A stretch of DNA of 62,763 nucleotides, taken from Microthyrium microscopicum (Eukaryota). The stretch lies in NCBI GenBank assembly GCA_010405405.1, contig MU004230.1:4482282-4545044 (forward strand), read 5' to 3'. Both the position numbers and the translations under genes were made by a program. The notes under the pieces are model-generated. The model made no database searches, was not told where the DNA came from, and worked only from the letters and a program-made list of their open reading frames with translations. Every line of letters starts with the position of its first letter. Within the stretch, counting starts at the first letter, position 1. Shown here piece by piece: positions 12,968 through 28,692 of this stretch.

Positions 12968-14431
12968 CTAACCACAATCACAACTCTTCCTCCCAAAAGC
13001 CCTTCTCCAAAAGCTCCCAAACATCATACTTTTCTTTTTAGCCGGCTGTCGCGCCTTTCTCTCCTCAGTCTCTGCCATGTTACCTCTCCGCTCCACATGA
13101 ACCAGTGGCGTTTCCATCTTCGGCTTCTTCACGCTGTGCTCTCTCTTTACGGCATCTGAATGTTTCCGCTTACTTCTAGTCTTGCTCAGTTTCGGCTCAA
13201 CATTTCCCTCTGTGCTGACCATCAAATCCGCGCTCGCACTTTGGCTGAATATGTGCGGCATAGCGTGCATCCTACGTCGTTGCGGCACAGTGGGCAACGG
13301 CTTGTGTAGTCTTAGCGGTGGTTTGCCGATCGATTTCCGCCTCGCACGAGATTTACTTCTTGCGCGGGTGGAGATGGGTGGGAATGTAGCGGAAGTTTGA
13401 CTGCGGCCGCGTGAGAGCGAAAGACTCACGTCGTCGCTGGGCGGTGGGGACCATGGGCGCTGGTTTAGGGGAGAGAGTTCAGGACGTGTGTATGATTTGC
13501 TGGTTGGTGGTCTTTTGATGGGGAAAGTTGTGGGTGAGCGGGTTGTGGAGACGGGTATGGTTGGCATGGAGGAAGAGCTTCGTAGTCGTTGGTGCGAATT
13601 GAGGTCCAGCATGATTGGGACGATGCCGATGGTGGAGGATTCTTGGAGACCGAGGTGGGCTATCTTTTTCTCCATTTCGGCCATGTCGGGGATTTCGCTG
13701 TTGATTCGACTGCGTTCCCTTGAGTGTGCTTTGAATGTTGGGCTGGTGAGAGGGGTTTGAGGCATGTCGTCTACTACGGATAGCACTGAGTCGAGCGTGT
13801 TGTTTGATCCGGAGTTGATGGAGAAGGAACCATCATCTTCTAGGATCGGTCCTGGAGAGCCTACTTCTAGCTGTAACTGTGCTCCGACGGAGGGAAAGTA
13901 TGCGTATTTCTTCATGTCGCCAAACGGGCTCATACTGCTATATTGCTGGGTTCGACTAGGAGATCGTTGAAGTGATACTGTGGCTCCAGGTAATGCTGCT
14001 GCTTGGGAAACTGTGGCAGACTTCTGCGTCGAGTATGTGATGGTAGAATCTCTATAGAACATGTTAGCAAATGTGTTTTCAGATTTCGTGTTTACTGACT
14101 GTATGAGAGGACGGCTAGGTTGTTCCACTGCTCTTCCAGGTAGCTTACGACCCATGCCTTCTGCCAAACGTAAAGACGGCTTTCTAGAATGTTTTGCAGG
14201 CTGACGAGCCGAAAGCTGACGAGACAAACCATTGCCAGATTGTTTATGCACATTTGGTGGGCTGTCTGCCCGGGCGGTGAGAGGATTCTGGAGTATGTTG
14301 GACAAGTCGAGGTCTGCAAAAGGTCAGAAGGAAAGCGCAAGCAGTTATTTCTGCTTACCAAGAGCATTCTCTGGTTGTGATCGCTTTCCAAGATGATATA
14401 TATCACACCTATGTCCAGTACTAGAAGCCAT
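12968..14431 (-). CDS. Hypothetical S/P/R-rich, probably disordered protein
   Basis: 445-codon ORF preceded by a CTGAC...CAG acceptor and a GTAAGC donor (~14358). The short upstream exon has in-frame ATGs at 14431 and 14461. Confidence 0.55.
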
Positions 14432-15637
14432 AGTCGTTGAAATTGTATTGGCTATTGTCATCGACAGTGAAGTAAAGCCATTTTCAAATCCGCCTAGATA
14501 TACTACCAAACATGAGCTAATGTCGGATTAGATTCTCTAAATATGTCTTTGTATCCTGCGAAGATTGTCAATTCAAGCCAAGAACGTGTTTTTCGGTTAT
14601 CTCGTTCGTTGGGACGAGCTGTAGGTCCGGGGTTATCTGTGAAACTAGTTCCAGCTCCTGACGAGAGGCGAATATGATCCTGGTTTGGTAACATAGGAGA
14701 TAAATGAAAGCTCCATTCTTCTGGTTGTGCTGGACTTCTACCCTTGAGCTTTTTTGCTTTTGAGCGTGACACTTTCTAGGGATGTATGCATACTCTCCAG
14801 CTTTGTTATAAGCCACCGCCGTTTTTGAATGCAGAATCACGATAGTGATGGAATACATGATGTAAAGGAATAGAGTCCAAAGCACAAACTCAAAAGCGAC
14901 AGGGCGACTGGGCTTAGTATTCAAGGCCGTTGATATCTCGCTTTTCTATTCGGAGATGAAGCCCCCCTGATCTGGAAGAACAATCAAGATCAACAACGCA
15001 GTATAACGATATCAAATCGACCATGTAGTATTGGGACAGAAATCGTCTTAATTGCTCACAACCCGAGAGCGAATAATGTGTGACACAATGCCTAATTCGA
15101 AGTGATTGGTGATTGAGACAGTATCTGTACCTCAAGTTACAGTTTTAGTGTAAGATCAAATGAACTCACAGAAGCAAGTCTGAAGTTCCCGTACTAAATG
15201 TAATTGGTATGGTATGATATCCTTTTCTGTGCGTGCAACAAAGTGTGATATGGCCAACTCGCACACAGGCAGCTCTAAAGGGAGGCGAGCAACGCGAGCT
15301 CGCAAAAGCAAATTGGCGAGCGTTTAAGACAGTTAAGCTAACACATGAAACTTCCGCGAAGCCATGTTTTTGACGTGAGATTTCTCTTTTGAATGTGGCG
15401 TAGAGGCAAGAGCAACCGCTGAAAATGTGTCTCGCAACCTCGTGGCTCGTCTGTGTGCTTTGAGCTTTTACTACCCTTTAGTTGAGTTCAGTTCGTGATG
15501 GGAAAAAGCAAGATGCTATGCTAGTCATTGATTAAGTGGACTTCGCTACTACAATCGTGAGCATTAAAAGCATAAGCTGATTTGGTGTTAATATACATAT
15601 GCAGAACGCATCTGCTTTGGGAGAATCCATCCCAAGG

Positions 15638-16894
<1,257 letters not shown>

Positions 16895-17395
16895 GTCCAG
16901 GATTTGTCGTGACGAAGACGAGGATCGTGGGCGTTGAACGGTGAGTCGAGATTGTTATTGAGAGGTCAATTGTGACAAGAGCATTGCGCAGGCCAGCTGT
17001 AAAGGGGTCCGGTTGAATTTGAAAAAAAGAGAAGAAGATTACAGTAGAAAAGTTATGTCCGCTGATGTGTTATGCGAAGCGGCAATGATCAGACATTTTA
17101 GGTTGACTATTGTGTACACTTTAACTCGCCAAACCTCGTTTCTGATCATGCATCATCGACTCTAGGTTGGGCTGGACCTGCCGTAATAGGATGTCAAGCC
17201 ACGTGATATCGTGAACTGTTCGTGAGCGGTATGCCTACGCGACGCGTTGCCTTTCCGAGCCATTGGCGATTGCTGCCTGTTATTCATCGCGAATTCTGTC
17301 AATCCACACTTTTTGTTGCTTTTATCTTGCTGGTTGGCGTGGGCTTCCGTCATCTACACATACTTCTTCAGTCTTCTTTATTCGCACAGAAAATT

Positions 17396-19594
17396 ATGGC
17401 AGGAGACGAGAGAGAAGAGCGACAAGGCGAAGAGGAAGAAGAAGAGGAAATCGAAAACGCCGTACGTAATTTCGTAATTCAAAGTACCAGCACTGACAGA
17501 TTCAAGGGCTACAAATCACAGAAAGATGCCGTCCTCTTCGCGATCGATGTCAGCGATTCCATGTTGACTCCCCCCAAGGAGGAAAGCAAAAAGAACAAAA
17601 ACCAAGACTCTCCCACCGTCGCTGCACTGAAATGCGCGTATCAACTCATGCAGCAACGAATTATATCAAACCCTAATGATATGATGGGAGTGTTGTTATT
17701 TGGAACAGAGGAATCTATGATTATTGAGGAGGGTGTTAGCAAAGTCTCCGCGGCTTATCCTCATTGCTATGTTGTAACGGATTTGGATGTACCGGCAGCA
17801 AGCGACGTTAAACGACTCCGGGATGTGGCCAATGATCCTGAGGAAAGCGAACAGATACTTGTTCCTTCAACAGATGACCCAGCTGTCTCAATGTCGAATG
17901 TACTCTTCTGCGCCAACCAAATATTTACAACCAAGGCACCAAATTTCACCTCGCGAAGACTATTCTTGGTCACGGACGAAGATAATCCTCACAAAAAAGA
18001 CAAGATACTTCGCGAGGCTGCCGCTGTGAGAGCTAAAGATCTTTACGATCTTGGCGTAACAATCGAACTCTTTCCAATTGCAAGACCAGGCGGCGATTTC
18101 GACCGAACCAAGTTCTACGATGTATGCCTCTTATGATGATGAAGTCTTCTTCTCTAATGTTTTTTAGGATATAATATACCGTGGAGCCTTGGACTCAGAC
18201 GCTCCAGCTCCTGTGACGAAAGCTGCCAAAGCGTCAAGCTCGGGTGACGGAATATCTCTGCTACAATCGCTAATTTCATCTATCAATTCCAAAGCTGCCC
18301 CACGACGTGCTCTGTTCACCTTGCCAATGGAATTAGGTGCTGACTTCATCATCGGCGTCAAAGGCTTTATAACCATCAAAAGACAAGAATTGGCCAAGTC
18401 ATGCTATGTATGGGTTGGAGGTGAAAAGCCTCAGATCGTAACTGGGGTTCGCACTATAGCCCCGAAAGATGAGGTGGATCAAGTTCCCCAAAAGCTTCTT
18501 ACGACCGAGACACGGAAAGCATACCTCTTTGGTGGAGAGCAAGTGCATTTGTCTGAGGAGGAGAAAGCTTCACTGAGAAACTTTGGTGATCCAGGCATCA
18601 GAGTGGTCGGCTTCAAACCATTGAATATGCTCCCTACATGGGCGAATACTCGACCATCAGTATTTGTATATCCAGATGAAACGAACTATATTGGATCGAC
18701 TAGAGTATTCTCGGCATTACAGCAGAACCTATTGCAATCCGAGAAATTCGCTCTTGTGTGGTTCATTGCTAGAAAAGGCGCACATCCCCGAATGGCAGCT
18801 ATGATTGCTGGTAAAGAGAAGATTGATGAAAACGGAGAACAGAGAATGCCACCAGGTCTGTGGATTATAACTCTGCCTTTTGCAGATGACATTCGAGCCA
18901 AGCCAGACATACCACTTGCCCGCGCATCAGACTCGCTTGTTGAAAAGATGAAGGAGATCATGGGACAGCTTCGTTTACCAAAATCAGAGTATGACCCACA
19001 GCGGTATCCGAATCCTTGTTAGTACTATGCGTCGCGTACCATGGACAAAGTGCTAATCAGCAACAGCATTGCAATACTTCTATCGTGTTCTGCAATCACT
19101 TGCACTAGAAGAAGAAATTCCTGAGCAGGATGATGACAAGACAGTTCCGAAGTACAAACAAATCTACAAGGTATGCTGAAAACTCTGGCTCTTTCTGCAG
19201 ATGGACTAACGTTGGCATCAGCGCTCCGGCACTCTCATCTCTGACTGGGCACAAGAGCTAGAGGAGGACTATCAAAAGCATGAACAGTCTAAACCGTCAA
19301 CGACGCTTGCTTCGCGTTCAATCAAAAGAGAGAATGACGGAGATGGACCTCCTAGTAAACGAGTAAAGACGGAAACCGCGTCTATGTCCGATGCGGATCT
19401 GAGGCAACATTACGAGAAGGGCACATTGGCCAAAGTATGTTGTATCAGTTCTTCCACAACTTCTTCGCTAATTACTTTGCCATAAGCTCACTGTTCCTGT
19501 GCTTTCTGAATGGGCCACGAAGAAGCAGCTCCATCCAGCCTCAAAGAAGAAGGCAGATGTCGTGGCTGCGATCGAGTCTCACTTTGAGAAGTAA
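17396..19594 (+). CDS. KU70: Ku70 DNA end-binding protein, multi-exon
   Basis: [14 protein letters not shown] (vWA), [47 protein letters not shown] and a C-terminal SAP-like LTVPVLSEW...KKKADVV. TAA at 19592-19594. Confidence 0.95.
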
Positions 19595-19920
19595 AGTGAA
19601 GCGTTACTCCTTCCACTACATGTAACGACGCTGTATAACGCCACGATATAGCCAATACGAAGTTATGAAGAATGATATTCTATTGCAAAATGCGATTCAT
19701 AGCGTCCAGTTCGTCGTTATATTGCTGTTAGTACACATACCAAACACATGCCATTCCCACCCAAAACCTCAGGGTATATGTACGCTTCATTACATGCCAA
19801 CCTTCACTTATAAACAAAACTAAAGGGGCCCATGTGTGGTTTACAATCGCTATGTAGTAGCCCAACTATCAATGAATAGCGTCTGCAGTCTAAGTGTGAT
19901 AAAATGAAAAGTTGCAGAAG

Positions 19921-21819
19921 TTATATCATGCACTGATGAGTGGTTCCTGTGCCAGATCTGGCCTTAGAGAAGACTCGCGTCTGCGATATTCTTCTTCTAC
20001 TGCTTCGAGTCGGACTAAGTAAAGTCAGTATGAGAGTGGCTATATGAGGGAAGAGGAGTAATTACCACCGGGCTTGAGTAGCCAACTGACACCCCAGGCG
20101 ACTCCAAACATAAATGTGAGTACTACAAAGACGGCTTGATCGAACTTTCCAACCGTTGCTGCGAATAACAGACTGAAGAATGTAGGAGATAATACTCTTG
20201 CGACTGCATGTAGGAGTGCCATGGCGCCTAAGAGCTGGCCGACTTGCCCGGGTGGTACATGTTTCGTCAGACTAGCTTGTAGAGTTGGGCTACCAATACT
20301 TCCCATGCTGGCAACAGTACCGGATAGAATAAACAAAGGACCAGTCCGGGCCAGTGTATAACCAAGATAACCCAGTGTGTCAAAGAAGATTGCTAATCGA
20401 ATGATACTGAGCTCGAACAAGTCCATTCCAGTTTTTGGAGCTGGTCGACCACGTGGCGAAGATGTCTTTCCGCGGAATAGTCGAGTTATGACTGGAAGAA
20501 TGACTAGAAGACATAGAACACGAGCCGAGTTCACAATGGCAATGAAAACAGACTGCTGTTCTACATCCCAATGGAAGGCTCTGATAGAATATATGGCAAC
20601 AACGCTCATAGCACCAGTGCCAACGCCAAAGATAATCGTATCTACTGCGGATAGTAAGACGAGATTGCGGCGAACAGCTACTGAAGTGCCACGACCTGTT
20701 GGCCACAAGATTTTAAGGGGCTCGAATAGATTCATTTGGCGGAGTTGAGTAAACCAATCGGGAGCGCCGTTTCTTTGTTGTGCTTCAACGGCCATCTTGT
20801 GTGTCTCTCGTGCCTTCATTTGACGACTCTTGGAGACGGATTCGGGAATGAAGAAAATGAGGAGGGTGATGAAGGTGAGATGGCAGGCCAATGCGAGATA
20901 AAACATGGTGATTACATTGCCAGTGACCTGTATTATCTTGGCTGCAATAGCAGGTCCCAATGCAATCCCAACCATCATCATTCCATGGAAATAGCCAAAT
21001 ATAACATTCCTCTTGGCTGGTGGTGTGCAATCGGTAGCGTATGCATGTGATATCGCCATGGACGCAATGAAGCTTCCCGCAAGGCCATCTATAAAGGATC
21101 CAATAAATATAACGTGCACGTTGAAAGTCTCTGGATAGGTGGCTGCAAATATGGTAATGATTTCTCCGCATAAGGAACCAGCATTCGTAATCATCATGAT
21201 CTTCCTCCGTCCGTATCGATCCGAAAGCGCTCCGAGTTTTGGAGCAATGATTGCTGATAGAATGCCAGATATCAGGGAGAGTTGTAATGTAAATGTCGCT
21301 ACTCGTGCAGATACTTCCGGAGTCCTGCACTCATCTGGAACGCTTCCTCCTAGTCTGGGGGTGTTGACTGAATGATCCGGATCCAGCGCTTGGTCCGAGT
21401 AGTATTCGCGGCATATCAGTGAAAGAATCAGGTTGATCTTGGGAATCATAATGCCGCCCATGGCCATGGCCGAGAACACGAATGGAATAAGGAGCCAGTA
21501 CACCTAGTATTTTGTCAGCCTTATCGCAATTATCGGCGCACGAAGTATTTCATACCGAAGGTTTCCTGTACCACGGTAGCCCATCCCATTCGCTATAATC
21601 CTCGTCCCACATAGGCCGTGGATTTGCATCATCCTCTCCATCACTATCAGAATTGGAAGATAGAAGTGGTACCTGCTCATTATATTGACTCTCCGGCTCC
21701 GTGTCTACGCCTCCAGTTGCTGCAAGCATCGTCGTTCTGCCATTGCGCTGTCGCGGAGACAACTTCTTCTGTAATAGATCGACATTCTCGTCCGCCTGTA
21801 TGAGGCCATCGGGATCCAT
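19921..21819 (-). CDS. Major facilitator superfamily transporter (12-TM, SLC46/YJL163C-like), 3 exons
   Basis: LPWYRKPSV|YWLL junction, motif A GALSDRYGRR, multiple TM helices. The terminal exon after the GTAATT intron ends with TAA at 19921-19923. Confidence 0.88.
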
Positions 21820-24622
21820 GGTGTCGGCGCAATTTTATTGTGGTGTGAGCCGCTCGATGACGACAATATCGTGTGCAAATGTATTCCAGTGCGGCTAAAA
21901 CAACATCTGCAGAAAGAGCCTCGGTACAGTGGATGTTCTGCGCAACAAGAATAGTGGACCAGCACCGATACAACGACTGTATGTACTATGTAGATAGGAT
22001 AGAGGAAGGGGAGATGGGGAAAAGAAACAGATAAGACGATGCCCTCAACGTGTATGCGGTTTCGACGGGACGGGTATCGGGTGCTAGTACATGAGCGGAG
22101 CGCGGAGCAATAGAAGGGCTGATATCAAGGTAATGCGATTAAGGAGCGACGGGCAGGGTATCAGACAAAGCAAACAGAAGACCAGTATCTTGCTTGTCTG
22201 TTTAAACACAACGTGTCAACCTTGAAGGACCAACATCAAGCATGCAACTTTAATGGAGTGAGACTTGAGTGGTAACAGCTGGTTGGGCCGCAAACCGTAA
22301 ACCGCAAAGGACCGCGTGGGTGAAGCCACAGACTAACGCGAATAGAGCTTATCGATGACATTTCGATGATGATGTCTGCATGTTTCAGGCCTCTCAGCAA
22401 GCCAGTTAAACATTCCTGCATATCTGGGGCATATTGGCGAATTAGGTGCGTTCTGTATCTGACCTATCCGTGGAGGATACAGAGTATTTTGCATAGGCGA
22501 TTTAGTCCGATTCCTTATTTATAAGGCTGATATATGCTGTATCCACCAGTTGCCAGCTGTAGCTTATTTTTCGAAAGCTCTAAATGCTAGTATGAAACGT
22601 ATCGAAGGATTTGATCCAAGGCCTCGGTTCATGGAGTGTCTTACAACGATCGCGAGTATCTGTTGTACTGGTACGACTGAACTGCCAAATTCCCTTGTCA
22701 TTCCACACATCGAATTGTAGGATCGCCATCAACTGACTTTCAAGTTCCCCTTGGCAATCATTTGCTGACAAAACGAGGGAAAAAAGCATCGCAAGGCCGT
22801 CTTCGCGATTACGGGACCTCCGCCAGTTCCGGCAAATGAACACGACTTGTTCCCGAGAACCTGGTCATTTCTTGCTGCAGCTTGAAGCCACATCGGCCTT
22901 TCTGTCTCATTTCGCCGACCTCCTTCTAACCTCCTCGTCCTTTGTCTATCGTGACCAACAGCATCGTTAAGAACACCAATAAAACGATATGCGAAATCGC
23001 CAGAGAGACTGTGAAATCATAGATACACCCTAAGTTACCTGTAAGTTAGTACCTAGTGATCGTTGGGATGTTATTAATCAAAATCTGGCCTTGAGAGGTA
23101 TCAGGGGCTGAATCTTGGACTTGACATGCAATGATAGCTTGCTATCCAAATGCAATGAAACAACCTTCACTCAACTCTTCTGATTAAGTAATTGTGCGGA
23201 AGCAGTCCAGTATAATTTCATGGGATCCTTTTGATGGTTAGTTCCTGTGTGATATCTCTGTTTGGACTTTTAGCTTCACCCCTTGCCGACTTCACCTCCA
23301 AAGTTCATCAACACGAGAGCTGCCAGCTAAGGGTCAGCTGAATGACCGACCAGAGCTTAGTGGGCATAATTCGCCCTAGATTTGGCCATGAAGCATCAAA
23401 AGCGTGACCTCAGCTCTACTTGAGCAAAAGAAGAAGAGCTTTGGGAGCACCATTTTAAAAGGTTGTTGGCGAATCGGAATCAAGCCTCATATCCCGAGGC
23501 TTCTGGGTTGATCTAGACCAAGTTAATGATCAGTTCGACTTTGCGGATCGTTGATCAAGCGTGGAAAGCTACTCGGTTGGCTCAGGGTACTCAGCGCCCT
23601 TGAATCGGCACTACTCGAAATAGGCCCCTGAGGCTTGTATTTTCAGCCTTATAGGTGAAGCCTCAAGGTCTTTATGCTTGCCATAAGGTCTCGAGGCAGC
23701 CTCCATTAAGAATTGCTCGAGATTCTTCCTTTCCAAGTCCAATCGAGCACTTTGATTCTCAGATATAGATGAGGCAGAATCATTTTCAAAGTGTTTGATC
23801 GATTGATCGTATTTGTTCCTGATGCACTACTTGCTAACTGGTAGGATTCGATTCATTATGCTTGTTGATACTTGCGAATGCTGAAAACCTAGAACCTTTG
23901 TGGTCTGCGTTTGAGAATTATTGCTGAAGATGCATGAAAGGAAGGATATTGAGACCTTGAGACTCGGAAACAACTACGAGTTTGAACAAGACACGCTTCG
24001 TATCTGAATATCATTCATATTTATCCAAGGACCTATTTCCATAGAGCTCTAGTTGGTCTAGTCTTCGTGTTGTTTATGCCATAGTCGAAGTGTACCGTAT
24101 TATGCTCGCAGCTGAGAAGCTTTCTGCAAATCATGTCAACCCTCAAAAGGCTATTCTTCCAATTGACCACTTATATATCAATGCCTTCGATCATACTTGG
24201 TACCGCAAATCGGAGACCAAAACCTTTCCAGAACAGAAGCCCCTTCTTCGATGATGAGCGGCTCCAGACAACAGAGCATGGAGTTTAAAGCAACAGCCTG
24301 TTCGCCTCTCTTTCCTAGCCTCTCTTTCCTTTCGACAAGCTTCTATCGTGACACTTCGTCTTTCCTTCATTACAATTCCTTTAAGGTTTTATACCTTCGG
24401 TCCTTTTTGGCCATTCCTTTCATTCGGAGATTCAATCGTTCAGATCTCTAACCTACCTTTCTGCTTAACAAATTTCAGTATCACCTTTCATTCATACACA
24501 TCCAAAAAACAAGTGTAATTCCAACTACAACAACAACAGCAAATAACTAAAACTATCAACATTTATTCACCATCCAAACCGCCAAAACACACTTACCATA
24601 TTCCACACCCCCAATATCAAAA

Positions 24623-25298
24623 ATGGGTCACAACTGGTTCGGCAGCGCCTCCCTAGCCACCAAATACGCAATCGTATTCATCACCCTCCTCACCATAACC
24701 CTCGTCGTAGGCTTCACAAAATCCATCTTCATCAAACGCGCCATGGCCCGGCTAAACCGACTCGCCGACGAAGAAGCCGCCATGCGCCTCGCCACCGGAC
24801 TCTCCGAGAAAACCAGCGACCACAAACGCAATCTCGACGAAGGCGACCTCTTTGGCGTGCGTGCCATTGAGGCTGGCTACTACGGCGGAATCCCTCAATC
24901 ACGGCCCGCAAGCGTGGATAGTACGGTGGCGAATTCATTGACGACGAAGAGTTTGCCGTCTAGCACGTTTCCAAGTCCGCAAGTTAGTCCAAAGCGGGAG
25001 AGCTTTCAGGCGAGTCCGACGAGGGCTGATTTTCCTGCTCCGCTTAGTCCCAGTAGTCCGGGGATGGCGAGGATTCAGGCGTATACACCGTCACCGCATG
25101 CGGTGGGGAGTGCGGCGGCGTTGAGACAGGGACAGGTTCCGCCTATTCGGTCGATGAAGGAGTTTACGCCGCGGAGTAGTGAGGATATGCGGGTCAGTAT
25201 TGGTGAGTTTTGTTGTCAAGATCTTTCTGATTTGTGCTAATGAGGATGTTGTAGATTCGTTGAGGAGTGAGAAGAGCGAGAAGAGTCGGTATATCTGA
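24623..25298 (+). CDS. Small single-TM fungal hypothetical protein, 2 exons
   Basis: N-terminal hydrophobic helix, motif GDLFGVRAIEAGYYGGIPQSRP, intron GTGAGT(25204)...CTAAT...TAG, stop TGA at 25296-25298. Confidence 0.7.
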
Positions 25299-25776
25299 TC
25301 ATCTCGGCTTGTCAATATGCTGTTGGATCTTGAGATAACATGGCTGCTTCCTGGCTGAGCTTTGCGCTTAAAGATGTGAAATACGTAGAACTTCGGGTCT
25401 ACGCCGTGGCCGTATGACTGCGAAGATTGTTAGGCTTGTTAGGTCAGAGAAGGCAGTGTATGCAACAACAGTCTCAAGACGGCGGTTTGCTATAGCTTTG
25501 GTGAACGCCGAGGCTTAGCTAACAACCTAACTGTCCTATGGGAGGAGATCAGTGCCAGTCTCAAGCTCTGTGGAATGGTGAGATGACTTTTAGATAACGA
25601 ATGAATGGTTTGAACATGAACAAGATGAGTTATGATGAGGAATGTGTATTGATAATTTTGTTCGCCGTGACTCATTGATACAATACATTGGCTGCTGAGG
25701 ATAAAAGGTGAAGTAATACAGCAGTTTAGATGAGAAAACAGATCATGCCAACGCCCCTAGATACCCAAAAACCCGT

Positions 25777-27807
25777 CTAGTACTCGAGAGTGATTTCCTG
25801 TCCCTTCACGCGGCCCTTGATGAGATCAACTGGGAAGTATTTGGGAATAACCTCATCATCGTGAAGCATCTCAAATTCCTCGGAGCAATCACGACCCATG
25901 TGGGAGAAAAGAGCTTGTGGACCACCTGGATGTTCATTGACCCATGTGGTGAGGTCCATAACAATTCCCTTTACGGCGACCCACATATCGTCCTTTGTGT
26001 TGTGCTTAGCCACCTCTTCTAGCGTGATTTCGGTTTCTGGGACCTTAAATGGCTTGGGTGCGTTAGGCTTGGATTCAGATGAAGGGGCCGAGCCAGCAGC
26101 AGCGGCTGTGGACACCTGGGGGGCGGAACCAGATGACGCACCTGAGTTAGCCCACTCAACCGAGATTTTGCCTGGCTGGGAGGGGTCGATGTGAAGAGAG
26201 ATTTGGCCAAGACGGGAGGCAGCGGCGCCACCACCCTGCTGGAGTGTTCGCTGGAAGAGATACTTCGCAGCAGATTCACCGGCTACACGACCGTAGACGA
26301 CACAGCCGAGCAGCGAGGAACCACCGAGACGGTTGGCACCGTGGACACCACCGGCAAGCTCACCGCAGGCGAAGAGACCATCAAATGGTGAGTGCTCGCC
26401 GTTTAGAACGTGGGCCTTGTCGTCGATTTCGATACCACCCATGGTGAAGTGAAGAACTGGCTCCATAAGGGCGACGTGGAAGGTGTCGTTGATATTGAAT
26501 GGAAGATTGTGGAAGAACTTCTTATTCCACTCATCCTTGACCTTGCCATCAGCAATGTCGTTGTAGTTGCTGAAGCTGGCAGAGAGAGCAGACTCTCCGC
26601 AGCCAATCTCCTTGGCTAGCTCCTTGCCAGACATCTTCTTCATGAGACCACGACCGGAATAATGGCGAGTATGGAAGTCGAGGATGTTGGAGGCCTTGGA
26701 GTTGAGAACGAGGCGGATGGGCCAGTTGCCCTTGTCCTTCTCCTTGAACATCATGCCAGAGACGTAATCACGATGACCGAGGTCGTCGCAGAATCGCTCA
26801 CCCTTCTTGTTGAGGAGGATACCACCTTCACCACGAAGGGCTTCGGCAGCCAAGAACTTCCACTTGGAGCCGGGGTCCTTGGGGTCAATGAGACCAGTAG
26901 GATGGACTTGGACTTTGTCCATATCAATACCGTTGGCACCAATGGCCATCAGCATCTTTTGACCGTCACCTGTGGCGTGTTGGCCGTTGGTTGTGGCAAG
27001 GTCGTAAACATCTGGGCGATGCTTCTTGAGGAGGGAGTCGCTGGTGAAATCGGCAGCATATCCACCGGTGGCGAGAACGACTGGGCCGTGAACAGTTTGT
27101 TTTTGACCGTCAATCTCGTAAACAACACCAACTGCCTGGTTGCCCTCCTTGAGAACCTCAACGACGCGGGCCTTCTTGATGAGTTGAACGCGCTCTGGCT
27201 CCTTTTCGGAGAGCTGCTCGTAACGCTCCATAAGAGCATATGTGATGGCCATACCAGGGAACTTGGCATCGTGACCACGATGAGTACGGGGTTGAGAGTG
27301 ACCACTAAAGATTGTTAGTCGCATATCAATATATTTATAGTGGCAAAACCTACCCTAGACGCGATACTAGAGTAAGATCTAGGTTGAATTCGTCTTGCAA
27401 CCACTCAACAGCGGCAGCAGACTTGTATGTGAGGACCTTGATGAGATCTGGACGAGCCTTGTCACGGGCTGACTTGAGGGTATCATCGTAAAACTGCTTG
27501 ACGCTGTCTCCGATGTTGAGGTCGACCTGAGTTCTCGTGAGAGCTCCATTGATACCGGATGTGGCCTTGGTGGAGTTGCCACCCATGAAGCCTATTGCAC
27601 TCTGTTAAAAGCTGCAAAAAGTATTGAGGATCAAGAATTGACTCACTGTTCTTGTCAAGAACAACGACATTTCCTCCAGCGAGGTAAATAGTGTGAGCAG
27701 CGCTCAAACCGGACACTATGATCAGTGGCGTTAGCGGGGTGTTTCTACAGGATAGAGGAATGTGGTTTCTTACAGCCGGCACCGACGACAATGACTCTCT
27801 CAGGCAT
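25777..27807 (-). CDS. OSM1: FAD-dependent fumarate reductase with C-terminal cytochrome b5 domain, 4 exons
   Basis: MPERVIVVGAG|LSGLSAAH Rossmann motif, GGNSTKATSGING, QVHPTG, EALRGEGG, HFTMGG, GGVHGANRLGGSSL and the b5 motif HPGG. Confidence 0.93.
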
Positions 27808-28497
27808 CTTGGAGGTGATATTTGACAAGAAGGATTGAAAAGAAGGAAGAAGAGATAGGTGGTGAGAGAAGGAGAAGTAGAAGACAGAAATATAGACAGA
27901 TAATTGAGTAGTAGTGGCAGGGTCCTCGGGCGGTGGTAGAATACCTCGGCAGCAATTCTATCTGTGGGTAGGGCGTGGGAGGTCTAGCGCGGTAACGTGC
28001 GTTGAGCTGCTCGGGCCAGAAATATGTAGGAGTAATTGACTCTGTGGAGATATTGCCGAAGCTGGGGTACAGACCGAATTGGAAAGATGGTGATAGCAAG
28101 AGGCGAAGATGAAGAGGTTGAGCTTATGAGTTGGTGATGGGAGACGGGCAGTAGATCTGGTGGAGTTCTTTCACGCTTTCACATGTGCGCCACTTACTAC
28201 ACAGCGTCAGAATAACAACCATCCATTGAACTTGCAAGTTGCATGGAATTGGATCACGACTATTTCTTTGCTATCAAACTACAAAAATCCTGTCAGCATG
28301 CTCTCTGTGGCATCACCTGAGCCTTCCTGGCTGTTAGCTCGGCTCTCGCCGGCTCGACACATGGAGGTTCAAAGACAAATGCAGCTCCACAGCGGTTTGC
28401 GGTGATGGATTAGTTCGTGACAAGCAGAGGATCGATGGTTTATTGAAGGGCTGTATTGATAAAAGATGTTGCTAAAACTATGGTGTTTCTGCAGATG

Positions 28498-28692
28498 NNN
28501 NNNNNNNNNNNNNNNNNNNNNNNNNNNNNNNNNNNNNNNNNNNNNNNNNNNNNNNNNNNNNNNNNNNNNNNNNNNNNNNNNNNNNNNNNNNNNNNNNNNN
28601 NNNNNNNNNNNNNNNNNNNNNNNNNNNNNNNNNNNNNNNNNNNNNNNNNNNNNNNNNNNNNNNNNNNNNNNNNNNNNNNNNNNNNNNNNNNN
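28498..28692. other. Assembly gap (N run) flanked by an identical 95-bp duplication
   Basis: 28403-28497 is identical to 28693-28787 on either side of the Ns. Confidence 0.95.

Noticed and set aside
17462..17506. In-frame read-through in the KU70 5' ORF suggesting an extended exon
   Set aside because: It is a 45-nt stop-free intron (GTACGT...CTGAC...AAG), and its removal restores the expected [11 protein letters not shown] junction.
26662..27318. 218-aa + strand ORF and similar antisense ORFs over OSM1, CRN1 and the GPI gene
   Set aside because: Shadow ORFs caused by codon bias of the real genes on the opposite strand.
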